Below are positions 31,485 to 42,145 of a stretch of 42,145 nt of DNA, one piece after another (position 1 is the first letter of the stretch; each line of letters begins with the position of its first letter). The stretch spans positions 1 through 42,145 of the forward strand of contig JALAGF010005567.1 of NCBI GenBank assembly GCA_030167865.1. Reading direction: 5' to 3'. The notes below the pieces were generated by a model, which saw nothing but the letters and a program-made list of their open reading frames with translations, did no database searches and was not told the origin of the DNA. The stretch is from Craspedostauros australis (taxonomy: Eukaryota). The translations under genes and the position numbers were made by a program.

Positions 31485-32670
31485 TCAAGGAAAATCAGGA
31501 TTGCTCTTTTCCACCCTCGATTCTTTTTCGTCTCGCCTCGTGGTCGGTGGGCTATGACAACGCAAGTCGGCCTTCGTAGGATCCAGCATGAATGCCACGA
31601 TCTGATTCAGCACTCCTTCAAACGTGAAAATACTGTCACGGTACGATGGGATGCGATCCTCCACCTCTCGGATCTTGTCGAACGTGCACTTGGTGGTGTG
31701 CGACAGCGACGGTGGCAACGATAACAACCGCAACAAATCATCGTGCACGAATTGAGCAACATGAGTATGAGGCACAGTCATGAACATCCCTTTGTGTTCC
31801 ATCAAGTCGGTGTATGGGATCCATGGAATGTCCATATAGATTTGGATGGGAATCAGCCCCATCTGCATCCTCTCCATCACATGGTAGGACGTGCGGCCAT
31901 CTCCACATGGGCAGAATGAGAAGCAAGAGTCCTTCATGACTTCTCTCCATTCGGGCCCATAGAAATAGTTGAATACCTGGAGCATGCTGTTGTTGGTAAC
32001 TCGACCTGAGGGGCCGGCACTGAACCTCTTCTTTTTGTAATGAAGTGCTTCCTCATGTTCCACGGTGCATTCTCTGCACTGCCAACGTATGTTGCTACAT
32101 ACTTGCAATTCTTTGGGTCGTTTTCGAGTGTGGAGGATGCTGTGCTGCGCTGGCACGATGGTGCCTCCAGTTGCTTGAGCAGTGGTATCGATACATGGCC
32201 ATATCCACCTGCCAAGAGGACGAACATGTTTGGGATGGTATCCATGAAGAAGTTGTCAACACATGCCAATAACCTCCTGTCATTCTGCACAACCACAATG
32301 TATGGAACATCCGGTCGCATCATGGGCCGCAGCATCGGCCACAGACCATAGTACAATGCATCGGTTTGCACCCATTTATCGGTCCATGTATGGTCCAAAC
32401 ATTTCGGACAGACAGAACTCAGGCAACTTTGATTGCGCTGTTCCTGCACTTTGGATCTGCTTGTCGTATATTGATTCGAAGTGCAAAATGGAGGGATTCT
32501 TGATCCATGGTCCTTCGCAGTTGGCTGTGCTGTGGTACTGATGCTGGCTATGTTGTGCCCACTCTTAAAATGCCATAAGTATATCGTTGAAGTGTGCATG
32601 TGCCTCAGCGATTGGGTATGACAAGGATTTGTGGGACACGTTTGGTGAAGTCTTACTTTGGCATTCGAAA
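31485..32670 (-). pseudogene. Exostosin/GT47-like glycosyltransferase pseudogene (frameshifts and an internal stop)
   Basis: Consecutive pieces lie in different frames: EAHAHFNDILMAF*EWAQ..GPWIKN..SEMFGPY (stop at 32565-32567); WTDKWV..MRPDVPYIVVVQND..VLLAGGYGHVSIPLLKQ..YVGSAENAPWNMR; and YGPEWREVMKDSCFSFCPCGDGRTSYHVMERMQMGLIPIQIYMDIPWIPY, the GT47 core pattern FxLCPRGxGxxSxxxxExxxxGxIP. Confidence 0.72.
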
Positions 32671-32795
32671 GCGGGGGCAGGTGAGCTTGGACATTATTAG
32701 CGCACGCTAAATCTCTAACAATAGCGACACCCGTCGACCAATCAGAAATCTTCACTTTTCTTACCTTTTCCGTTCCGAACGGAAATTTTGGTCGA

Positions 32796-32842
32796 NNNNN
32801 NNNNNNNNNNNNNNNNNNNNNNNNNNNNNNNNNNNNNNNNNN
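32796..32842. other. Assembly gap (47 N)
   Basis: Run of N. Confidence 1.
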
Positions 32843-32956
32843 TTTTCCCTCAATCACAGATCCAAAAATGTCGTGGAAATTGATTTCTTGCCAAGATGAG
32901 CCAATCTGCCCAATCAGGACAGACTTGGATCTTGGGTGTGACACGTGCGAATCTTG

Positions 32957-33010
32957 NNNNNNNNNNNNNNNNNNNNNNNNNNNNNNNNNNNNNNNNNNNN
33001 NNNNNNNNNN
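32957..33010. other. Assembly gap (54 N)
   Basis: Run of N. Confidence 1.
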
Positions 33011-33282
33011 CTATCGCGGTGTTTTTGTTCATTGACTTTTGCACCTCATCTTCACGCAGTAACACGCACATTTGTCGTGTTGTCTCCGTGTTATCTTACT
33101 TGCAATTGCATGAGATCATGTCATGCCTCTCTCATGCTCACAGTTCCAAGAAGACAATCTTGTGAGCTCGACAGCATTCATACTACCATACAAATAACAC
33201 AGTAAACAAACACTCTCCTCACCAACAACAACGACTTGATCACTCTACGTTCTCGGTGCGGTATCTTCAAACCCATCTACGA

Positions 33283-33651
33283 TTACGTTCTAACAGACAT
33301 CATTGATTTGGTGACAGAGCATCTTGCACATTTCTTGTCCAGTCGTGGGGACCAGGCAGCTGCCCTTTTCACTGTCCTTCTGTATTCCTTGACCATGTCT
33401 GAGACGTCATTGTTGAAGGGCATCTCATGATCCCACTGCACTTGCTGAGGAAGCTCATCTACTTCTGTGATTGTTGATGCTAATGCCAGGTATCTGAACA
33501 GGTTGAATATGCTCATGTTGCTGGTCACCACACAACAGATGAAGAGCACCACGGTGGTTTGTTGGCGAGCTGTTGAGGAAGACCACTTTGGCCCAGTCGA
33601 CCCAGTAACAGAAGAGGATGACAATGACAATGACGCTCGTGGTGCTGTCAT
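33283..33651 (-). pseudogene. Possible decayed 5' part (type II membrane anchor) of the GT47-like gene
   Basis: Ser-rich N-terminus followed by a hydrophobic stretch VVLFICCVVTSNMSIFNLF, on the same strand and upstream of the GT47 relic. The link is inferred. Confidence 0.3.
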
Positions 33652-36600
33652 GGTGACAGTTTGGACGCTGTCGTTGTCTCAATGAGACGATACCCGACGG
33701 CTTTGGTGGCTGTGTGTGTATGTGATGGATGGTGCTATTGTGCATGTGATGGTCATATTTGTGGAGCATGGTGCAGCACAAGTGTGGGAACTGGCAGAGA
33801 GACGCGAGTTGCCATACCATTCGAGTGGCATCGATGTGACGTGTGGACGATCGTGACGAATCTTGTGAACTTTCCAAAAAGATTGAATCTGCTGTGACTG
33901 GATCCACTCGCAGCTGCCACCAACGTCCACACACCGTGGATTCTGGTTGTTGTTGTTCCGCGGAACTTCAAATCGTTGTCGTGAACACCGATGCTCCAAC
34001 ACAACGGCAATGCATGAGGACCCGTATTCCTACTAATACATAACAATACATATTGTACGTATAATACGAGGATGAAACTGACAGGAAGAGAGGATTTAAG
34101 CAGGGGTGACACCAACACTCATTCCGTACGCGCTTTGGATGGATGTTAGCGCGGTCTCAACCACAACTCGTTTGCCAGCAAGCACGACTTCAATTGAACG
34201 CTTCGTTCGTCCGCGAAATCAGAGGGACTGTCGGAGTCCGTCAAGTTGTCCAGTATCCATGACTGGAGACTCGGTGGAAGATACCAATCAACAAATGGCA
34301 CCATCACCAACCTCGCACCCAAAATCACAACTCCTCCATCATCCTATGTCGTCTGTCATGTTTGTTGAAGCTTCAGACCCTCAGGCATGATGCAACATCA
34401 TTCAGCATCATCATCCTTCTTTGATCAGCAGATCGGCAATATCAGAGTCATCGGTCATCCTGTTCCAATCACCGCTCTACTAAAACCAAGAGCTGACATC
34501 TCGTGCTATTGCATGGTACATGCATGTCATTGTTCACTCTGGCACTGCAATAAAAGACAACAGTCAAGTAATCATAAATCAGCCTTTCACACTAATACAA
34601 GAGGGATGACAGGGCATGCTACAGAGGCAGCGCAATGGCAACATCCGCCATGCAGTCCTTGCCTGCCAGAACGCGGCCACCATCAAGCTGTCCAGCATTT
34701 GCATGTACGAGGAGGCGAAACCACAGCGCGTCCATCACAGCAGCAATTTCCTGTGGTCATCGTTGCCAGTAGTAATAGATCGAGCCGGAGATTGACCATG
34801 ACAGACTACCCCGTTACAGTTTTGAAATGGCGAATCGCAATCTCTGAGCCAACGGATCAGGGAGCACATATTCAAATGAAGTTGATGGCACAATTCCTCG
34901 CCAACACAAGCAGTAGTTACCATACTGCCACTAAAAGGATGATCTTCGATCACCTTGCTTCCAAGGAAAGACAGGAGACCTTTTGTACCGGTTCTGTTGT
35001 CTTCCACAACAGCAAGAGTATGTGCTATATCATATGCAAGGTGAAGCAATTCGTGTTCTCTTCGCGTGTGTGGACTAATCGTGCATCGCAAAAATCACAG
35101 GAGCCAAAGTGCTGGGGTCGGCATCGCACCATCGTAAAAACACCCTCAAGAGTACTCCAGATGGCATTGCCAATTAGGCATGCGCATGCAGTCTTGCTCC
35201 ATGTCAACACAGCTCGTCCGTCTTCGACCATCCTCACCTCGTCTCCACGATTGGAGTAGATGATGCTGTGTAACTTTGAAGGAAAGCTCCAAATTATTGA
35301 TGCGAAACCAGATAGTCGCCCAGCACATCTCTCAGCCTCGAACTAATAGAGCTAAACTAGTAACTACCTTAGTGAGAGCCACTACAAATCATCCAATTAG
35401 ATGGCAATCCAGTAGGTCAAATCCACACCCCATCAGCAACCATGTTTGGGGACAGATCCAGATCATTGAAGCAGATCTTTGGAAACCGTGTCAAGGAAAT
35501 CAGAGGGTTCCGATGACCCAGCCACCAAAACTCATCCCCACTGAATGACTGATGTATGGACAAGACCAGAATTGTGGGAACGGTGCCCAACAAGAGCGCG
35601 CACCAACACCCTTTGTCTCTCATGGAAATCAACCAAGGGATCTCATTCCATGGTACTTGGGCTACGCAACCTGTACACACAGTCATCCAGGACAACCCAG
35701 GAGATCCTCCCTGAAGGGAAGAACAGTAGCACTAATACTCATAATCTGCACATGTCTTCACCCATCATCAGTATTATCTCGTTACTATACACAGCGAAAT
35801 TACACGAGTCCTTCAAGAGAGATCAAGTCTTTCAGGACGAGGGTGACAAGCTGGTGAGTGAAGACACTGTTTGGGTTGAGTGACTTCTGGATCTATGTTA
35901 TCTTCATTGAGTTGTATCTCATGTTGCTGTCTTCAAGGTCAGCTCTCGGTCATTGCACCTCTGCAATCTTATTCAGATGTGGAGATGACCCATGATGTGG
36001 TGATGATGTCTTCTGTGTCAACGTCATTCATCACCGTTCCATGGCTCTCTCGATTCCACATTCCATTGATGATTCTTGAGGTCGTCGAGTGTGTTGTCAT
36101 TTCAGGTTTAGTTGGGAAGTATATCAGGTCGAATTGGACATCACATGTTTGCCGGGTGGTGGCCAGACCGAATCTCTGATGTTCCCTAGTGTGTCCCTCA
36201 TGCCGAAAATCATGTGTCTGAGGAAAGCATCGTTTCAGTACATACCAGGACAGACTAATCAGAAAACGAATCAGGTGAATAAAGCGTTGTGCTAATAATC
36301 AATATTCTCAATTGACTACTCATGATAAAAAGACTCTCGTTCAGACCGCTTCCCAATCAAGCCTCTGCCTACAGCTAACCAACAGCCAACAAAGACCACA
36401 GCCATTACATTTGGGCTCTATTAGTTGGGTGCTGTCTCGTCTTGTTGGGATGCCAATTGGTTGTGGCTTGTGCCAAAAATCTGTCGAACAGTGGTGGTAA
36501 CGGCTCGTCACGAAGAAATGGGCAACGTGGGAGCAGGTCACCAACAAAAAAAGGTGGATGCTGAACGATGTCTGTTTGAAACAGCATGTGCACTTTCCAT

Positions 36601-36902
36601 GAGATGGTGCGAACGTTTTTGCGAACGCTATTCTCCTTTCTCGTTGTGTTTTGTGACGAGGCGCCTTCACCTCTTGCGCCATTTTTCTTGAAATCGACGC
36701 CCTGTGTGCGACTAATATAAATCGTTATGTAAATTATGCCGTTGCTCCTACGCCCATCGAAACTTCTGTGTATGTGAATAAATATATGTATTACCGCTAC
36801 CCCCAAAATTGCCACCACTGACACAACCGCACAAAGCCATCCACGTTTGGCGATCGCCAAAGATCGCTTCATCCATCCAACACAGAACAGATCAAAACAA
36901 CC

Positions 36903-39900
36903 ATGGGGGATGCCATCAAGGAAGAGGGCCAATCGCAGCATGCTCCCTCTGTGCAATGCCCATGCCGTGACTTCTCTGCTGTTTCCAAGGTTGTCCGGTG
37001 TTTGCAATCCGAAGAAGATACGGCCAGGCTGATTGCATGGTTGGAAGGTGAATTTGATGATGCGGCACTGGAACGGAATCGGCGTGTTTCGTGTGGGAAG
37101 CGCCCGCGATGCAGATTCCGCGTGGGGACATCATTCGCCATCCTCAACGCCATTCGCGATGCATGTGCTGTGCATTTGGAGAACGGTGACGATTCAAGAT
37201 GCGGCCCTCCAGCCGCCATCGATGGGAATTCAGAGCATGGTGGCATCATCGTGAGTGTCAGCACGGCATCCGACAGCCAAGCAACCAAATCAGGCGAGGA
37301 TGATGCTGCACGCGAAAGACAAGAGTACAGCGAAGCATTTCCATCTCTGAGATCAGAGCGCAAGGCAAATGTGTCAAAGCGATCCACATCCGCGTCTCCA
37401 TCTTCGTCGAAAGTGAAAGCGAAGGTGAAGATAAAGGCAACGATCGAGGATAAGCGATCTAATGCTCCAATCAAACCACCGGCGTCCGCGTCTACATCGA
37501 CGTCGACGTCGGTGTGGACAAAGAAAAAGAAGAAGCGGATTCGGCCACAGTTGACAACGATCACAACATCAACACCGAGCAACTCCGTTTGGGCAAACCC
37601 AGCGATGGCATCAGCACCGGTGGTGGCATCACCAAGGAGCGCGATGCTGCGTTCTGCAGCGACTCCTTTCCAGCCTTCCGGGCGTCCCACGCAGAAGTCG
37701 CAAGATCGTCTCCATCTGACCACCGCAAGTCAACTCTCAACCTCGAAGGCATTTCCAAATCATGATATGAATACGAGGATATCAAAGCCGAAGTCTGAGG
37801 AAGAAGGTGGTGGCCTTCATGCGGTGGGCACAGCGACTCGCAACCTTCACAGCGAGCAACACGCAGAGGCGATTGCCGTTGCAATGCCAAACGCGGACAC
37901 GAGTGCGAAGGTTGCAACAGACGACGAATTGCAACGTCTTGTGATGGTGTATTCGTCCCTCATCTACTCGCACGTCGTGCCATCCACATTGCTCGAGCTC
38001 CACCTGCTTCTCCGCCTCCTCAATGTGCGCGATCCACAGCACCAACCTCAAAAGCACCCTGCCCATACTACTCCACCGCACTTTGCCTTCATCTTTCATT
38101 CCGCCAATCAATGTCGAGATTTCGCCAAACGAACCCTCGTGCAGCTGCAGCCTGTGATTCTGCATTTGAATCCTCCAATCATCGCCAAGCTTGCCGCACT
38201 GCCTGCTTTCCGCAATGCCGCACCACAATTATCAGAACAGCTGAAACAAACGCTGCGGTGGCTGCTTTCGCAAGGGTATCAGATTGAATGCGCATCCGAG
38301 GAAATCGCGGGCAGCCATGCGATCCTTTCCCAGCATTTCAATTCAAACAGGGACTCCAGGCATAACTACAAAACGCAGGCAGAGACAGCGGTGTACAAGA
38401 ATCGGGAGGAAACAAGAGACGCCTTCCTGTACCAGCTGAGATCGTACATCAGCATCAAGGGGAAGATCTTGAATCCGCAGGAGGGTCAGGAAGCCATGAA
38501 TCGCATCCGAGCACAATCTAGAACCATTTTGAGCCGGCTGTCCAGATCCAATTTCCCGTGGTTCGTGGAATTCTTTTGCGATCTCCTGCTCCAAATCGGA
38601 TACTCTCCGATCGAAGAAACGGATGAGGAACTGCTCACCATCGCAAACAAGGAAAGACTTCAGCAGCTTCAGAAGCGCATGTCGGCAAGAACGTCCAACG
38701 TGGACAAGAGCAGTCAAAAGATCGCGATGCCATCACACACGAACGACCACCAAAGCATTCCGCACAGCAATAACCACTCTCACCGTCACCATTCGCACCA
38801 GCGGCAGCAGAAATGGAGACAAGGTCCACGCCGAGGAAGGGAAGAAGAGACAGCAGCTGTGATCATGGAAGTGCAGCAACTGTTCCCAGGCCATCAAGAA
38901 TTCTTCTACATCTTTCTGCAATCAACAGACCAATACGCATTCGGCATGCACTTCAAGAGCAGACTCGGCAACACGATCAGGATTCTGCGCAACCGAATCC
39001 CGACTGTTGGCAAAGAAGAGCTGCACGTCCTCAAGCTCCAGCTTCTCGCGAAATTCCTGGGATGTCTCGTGTTCAGTCCAAATTGGCAGCCACTGGATGC
39101 GAATACTCATCAGCTACATCCCCAATCAACTGTCGATGCGTTCAAACAGCTGGAGGCGGTGGGTGTGGAACTAGGCGGAGCGCTCAATGATGCGTGGCGA
39201 GTTGGGACGCTTGATTACGACCTGCCCTGGATCATGACAGTACTCAAGTTCAGTAAATGGGATGCCCTGTCTCAAACATCAAGGAAGTTCCGGTCCATCG
39301 CAGCCAAGCTACGATTGATGCAACTCAAACTGAGCTCAACAAGGCGGCAGCTGAATATGGGCACTAGTACGCCAGGCGTCTATCTGGGATCTCCGAACCT
39401 CACCACAAGCTTCATGCTTGAAAACTTCTTCGCACAGACGATCGGTCTCGCTAAGCTGGGCAATCTGCCATACGCCACGCTGCCCGACGTTGATGTAGCA
39501 ACATCAACACCAACGTCAACACAACAGAAAGCAGTGCGAATATCCAACCCCGCCAATGAAGGTGGCGAATCGGCACCTCGCAACACTTGGCTATCAGCCA
39601 CCAGCAGTCTGCTCATGAATGAAAGCAGCACGCATGCGGATGATCTTCGCTGTTTGCTAGATGAGCTCTCTTCCGACTCTCCTTCATCTACAAGGCCCAC
39701 GACTCACAAGACACGCAAGGTGCGACCGTCATCAGTCTCTGCCGCCGACCAGAATCCGAACACTAAACTGAGCGAGATGTTGATCATCCCCGCTGTGTCC
39801 GAAGCAAGCGATGAGATGGACCAAGTGTCCCCAGTCTCGGCTCCTCGTGCCGTTGCTGCAACCAGCATTGGCACGATACAGCTGCGAACAACACAACCTG

Positions 39901-40904
39901 ATGGCGCTTCAACGACAGAGGACAAGCTCCACGACTCTTTCTTCCACCAGCATGTGGATCTGGCATCCATTTGTGACCTATCAATCACGCAAGTGCTGAA
40001 AGAATTCCACAATGACGTGCATGCCAAGTGCGTGCGTCCCGCATTCGATTCGCTGCATATCGCTTCAGCAGCAGACTGGGAATCTGTGAAGTTCGACAAG
40101 ATAGAAAGGACAGCCAAGAGTCTGGCATACGAACAGCTCGAATCGCAGCTGCGCGACACAACCCGCAAGGTCCTCGCTATCCTCGTGCCAACGCCAGTAT
40201 CGCCATCAGGAACGACATCGCTGTTGCCACTGCCGCCATCGTCGTCATCGTCGTCGTCATCCACCTCATGTCACATCGTCGATACTGCGGCATCGCTGGC
40301 CACGAAACGAGGGCTGAAGAAGGGGAAGCCGTTTGTTGATGTTTGGGTGTCAGAGCAATGCAAACGACATAGGAATCAGATGCTCAAAATGGCGGCTATC
40401 AATACCGCGAACTTGAATGGCGCAAACATCCCTACCGATGCTGGTACGACTGCAACAAATGTCAACTCCAGCAACGAAACCGACGAACTCAGGCTGGTCA
40501 TAGAGAAAGGATCGGAACTTCTCTCGATGCTCACAGCACAAGCTGGGATGGGGCAGGAGAGTGGAGCATTGATCGAGGCAATCGGTCATCTCGATCGGAG
40601 CATCAACGAGCTGGAGAAGGATGACAGGAACCAGATCCCCGGCGAATTGCTGGCTCGGGATCTCTTCGCCATGATCTACCGATTCGATGCCATCTCGTAC
40701 AGTTTGGTAAAAGCCTGGTCGCAGGCATCGCACGATACGACAGTTCCTCGACACCCTGTGTTGGCTTCGCGATATCTCGGGGTCATCTCCAAGCTTTCCA
40801 AGCACAGCACAAGAGGCATGCGGCATTTCGAATCAGCAATGGCGCTGGATGTCGATGCGCAGCAGTTTGCTCGCGCGTGTCGTGACGGTGCCAATTCTGA
40901 GTAG
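36903..40904 (+). CDS. Codanin-1 (CDAN1)-like protein, 1333 aa
   Basis: Single long ORF with codanin-like blocks: LVMVYSSLI..VPSTLLELHLLLRLL, DSRHNY..YKNREETRDAF, FVEFFCDLL, RLQQLQKR, FPGHQEFFYIFL, LQLLAKFLGCLVF, LPWIMTVL, RKVRP, LHDSFFHQH. Confidence 0.75.
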   Translation: MGDAIKEEGQSQHAPSVQCPCRDFSAVSKVVRCLQSEEDTARLIAWLEGEFDDAALERNRRVSCGKRPRCRFRVGTSFAILNAIRDACAVHLENGDDSRCGPPAAIDGNSEHGGIIVSVSTASDSQATKSGEDDAARERQEYSEAFPSLRSERKANVSKRSTSASPSSSKVKAKVKIKATIEDKRSNAPIKPPASASTSTSTSVWTKKKKKRIRPQLTTITTSTPSNSVWANPAMASAPVVASPRSAMLRSAATPFQPSGRPTQKSQDRLHLTTASQLSTSKAFPNHDMNTRISKPKSEEEGGGLHAVGTATRNLHSEQHAEAIAVAMPNADTSAKVATDDELQRLVMVYSSLIYSHVVPSTLLELHLLLRLLNVRDPQHQPQKHPAHTTPPHFAFIFHSANQCRDFAKRTLVQLQPVILHLNPPIIAKLAALPAFRNAAPQLSEQLKQTLRWLLSQGYQIECASEEIAGSHAILSQHFNSNRDSRHNYKTQAETAVYKNREETRDAFLYQLRSYISIKGKILNPQEGQEAMNRIRAQSRTILSRLSRSNFPWFVEFFCDLLLQIGYSPIEETDEELLTIANKERLQQLQKRMSARTSNVDKSSQKIAMPSHTNDHQSIPHSNNHSHRHHSHQRQQKWRQGPRRGREEETAAVIMEVQQLFPGHQEFFYIFLQSTDQYAFGMHFKSRLGNTIRILRNRIPTVGKEELHVLKLQLLAKFLGCLVFSPNWQPLDANTHQLHPQSTVDAFKQLEAVGVELGGALNDAWRVGTLDYDLPWIMTVLKFSKWDALSQTSRKFRSIAAKLRLMQLKLSSTRRQLNMGTSTPGVYLGSPNLTTSFMLENFFAQTIGLAKLGNLPYATLPDVDVATSTPTSTQQKAVRISNPANEGGESAPRNTWLSATSSLLMNESSTHADDLRCLLDELSSDSPSSTRPTTHKTRKVRPSSVSAADQNPNTKLSEMLIIPAVSEASDEMDQVSPVSAPRAVAATSIGTIQLRTTQPDGASTTEDKLHDSFFHQHVDLASICDLSITQVLKEFHNDVHAKCVRPAFDSLHIASAADWESVKFDKIERTAKSLAYEQLESQLRDTTRKVLAILVPTPVSPSGTTSLLPLPPSSSSSSSSTSCHIVDTAASLATKRGLKKGKPFVDVWVSEQCKRHRNQMLKMAAINTANLNGANIPTDAGTTATNVNSSNETDELRLVIEKGSELLSMLTAQAGMGQESGALIEAIGHLDRSINELEKDDRNQIPGELLARDLFAMIYRFDAISYSLVKAWSQASHDTTVPRHPVLASRYLGVISKLSKHSTRGMRHFESAMALDVDAQQFARACRDGANSE

Positions 40905-41262
40905 AGTTAGAGCACGTGTACCATCGTACTCTATGAGTAGGGACTAAGAAGATGTGCGATCATTGGCGCTCTACATTATTCTGCTCTAGTCCAATCTACT
41001 TTACTCTGTTGCTTCAGTCTACGATTCTACTCTACTTCTTCAGTCTATGTCCCAGTCCTGAAACTGACTCCCCAACAGAAAGATCTCTGTGGTCCTATCG
41101 ACACAAACCGTTCTTGGGGATCGTTTCCTGCCCGTTCAGTTTGATGTCCATGGCATCACTGGTGTGTGCTGTGTCGTACGTAACATGACGAGCCATGTGC
41201 GCAATGCCAACAGATTCCAGAGCACAGATCACGGAACACAAGCGCATTGAGATCATCCCAAG

Positions 41263-41799
41263 ATGAGATCAAGTTCCTTCTTATCCTTAGCGATCTCTCT
41301 CTTGGCAATCATCCAAACAGAGGCCTTTCAGACCCCCATTGTCCCATCTCATTCCTCCACAGCGTCAACGCCCAACGTCCTCGGCCTGAGCCTGAGCCTG
41401 AAGATGTCAAAGCTGGAAGAAGTAAAAACCGACAAGTCCCCGGCGCCCCTCGGCCCCTACAGCCAAGCTGTGAAGGTTGGGAATATGCTCTACTGCTCCG
41501 GACAGATCGCATTGGATCCAGCCACTGGCGAGTTCGTTGGAGGTGGAGACCCGCAGGCGGAAACGCGCCAGCTCCTCAAGAACCTGGACGCCGTGCTCGA
41601 GGCGGCTGGGACCACCAGAGATCGCATTGTGCGGTGCACCGTGTTCCTGGCAGACCTCGGCGACTTCGCCTTGGTCAATGAAGTCTACTCGGAGTACTTC
41701 AAGGACGTTGCCGTGGAGCCTTCCCGATCTTGCGTGCAAGTCGCGGCCTTGCCAAAGGGGGCCAAGGTGGAGATCGATTGCATTGCTGTCATGGAATGA
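41263..41799 (+). CDS. ridA: Plastid-targeted RidA (YjgF/YER057c/UK114) enamine/imine deaminase, 178 aa
   Basis: Presequence MRSSSFLSLAISLLAIIQTEA/FQT. Motifs PAPLGPYSQAV, LYCSGQIALDP, CTVFLADLGDFALVNEVY, PSRSCVQVAALPKGAKVEIDCIA (catalytic Arg retained). Confidence 0.93.
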   Translation: MRSSSFLSLAISLLAIIQTEAFQTPIVPSHSSTASTPNVLGLSLSLKMSKLEEVKTDKSPAPLGPYSQAVKVGNMLYCSGQIALDPATGEFVGGGDPQAETRQLLKNLDAVLEAAGTTRDRIVRCTVFLADLGDFALVNEVYSEYFKDVAVEPSRSCVQVAALPKGAKVEIDCIAVME

Positions 41800-42016
41800 G
41801 CGTTGAAGCTTGCGCACGCAGCAGTATCTGGGAATGCGCAAACGCACAAGGCACGAAGAGAGTGCCAACACAAAGACGAATTCGCGTCAATCGTATCCAC
41901 GCACGTCTCTAAATCTACTCGCGTCTTACTCTACGCTTCATCGAGACCCTGCCTCCGTGGAAAAAAAGAGCGACGGGTCGTTGCTGAGCTCCCCACCTCT
42001 GCAGATGTTAGTGCTA

Positions 42017-42145
42017 CTACCGCAGGCCACCGACGCAATACTTCTCGACAAAGCCAGCAACAATGTTCTGACCCTTTCGCGCCCATTCCTCCCGATTGGC
42101 CTTGGCATAGTCCAGACATTCGTCACTGGATACCCCAAAGACTCC
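42017..42145 (-). CDS. C-terminal end of a diatom-type cyclase/cyclic-nucleotide phosphodiesterase protein (partial; remainder beyond the window)
   Basis: Reading from 42145 gives GVFGVSSDECLDYAKANREEWARKGQNIVAGFVEKYCVGGLR*, matching the GVFGVSSDExLxYAxxNRxEW end of PDE domains in diatom cyclase-PDE fusions. This frame is not in the supplied ORF track. Confidence 0.8.
   Translation of the reverse strand, partial: GVFGVSSDECLDYAKANREEWARKGQNIVAGFVEKYCVGGLR

Noticed and set aside
34387..35259. 290-aa ORF in the decayed island
   Set aside because: No recognisable domain, atypical composition, and it lies in CpG-depleted sequence; it cannot be supported as a gene.
41404..41799. Alternative cytosolic RidA starting at the internal Met (MSKLEEV)
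   Set aside because: A Met at the end of the transit peptide is common in diatom plastid precursors, and the sequence gives no evidence of dual initiation.

Overview
Gene-dense eukaryotic nuclear DNA, most likely from a diatom. The evidence is bipartite 'AF' plastid presequences, a TEL-type ER retention signal, a diatom-type cyclase/phosphodiesterase C-terminus and GT-AG introns of 170-350 nt. The window opens in the 3' end of an intact-looking RNase H-bearing non-LTR retrotransposon (Ambal-like), which has a structured 3' UTR and a (TTA)5 tail and may have interrupted a host gene. About 15 host genes follow: SNU13, an ER FKBP, PPCS, peroxisomal hydratase 2, a VTE6/DUF92 protein, ELP6, eIF4E, a plastid ABC1 kinase, plastid ClpS, an unknown secreted protein, a catalytically degenerate PGI paralog, a TAF13/SPT3-like protein, an unknown plastid protein, a FAN-like BEACH-WD40 protein, a codanin-1-like protein and a plastid RidA. 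The window ends in the 3' end of a cyclase/PDE gene. A CpG-poor decayed island of about 5 kb (~31.4-36.3 kb) holds a GT47/exostosin-like pseudogene, two assembly gaps and a probable insertion. I found no tRNA, rRNA, snRNA or CRISPR array. All family assignments come from recognising motifs by eye; no searches were run. I saw no convincing novel multi-gene system. The best leads are the PGI pseudoenzyme, the retroelement 3' RNA structure, the tail-anchored PPCS, the split histone fold and the stop-free introns.
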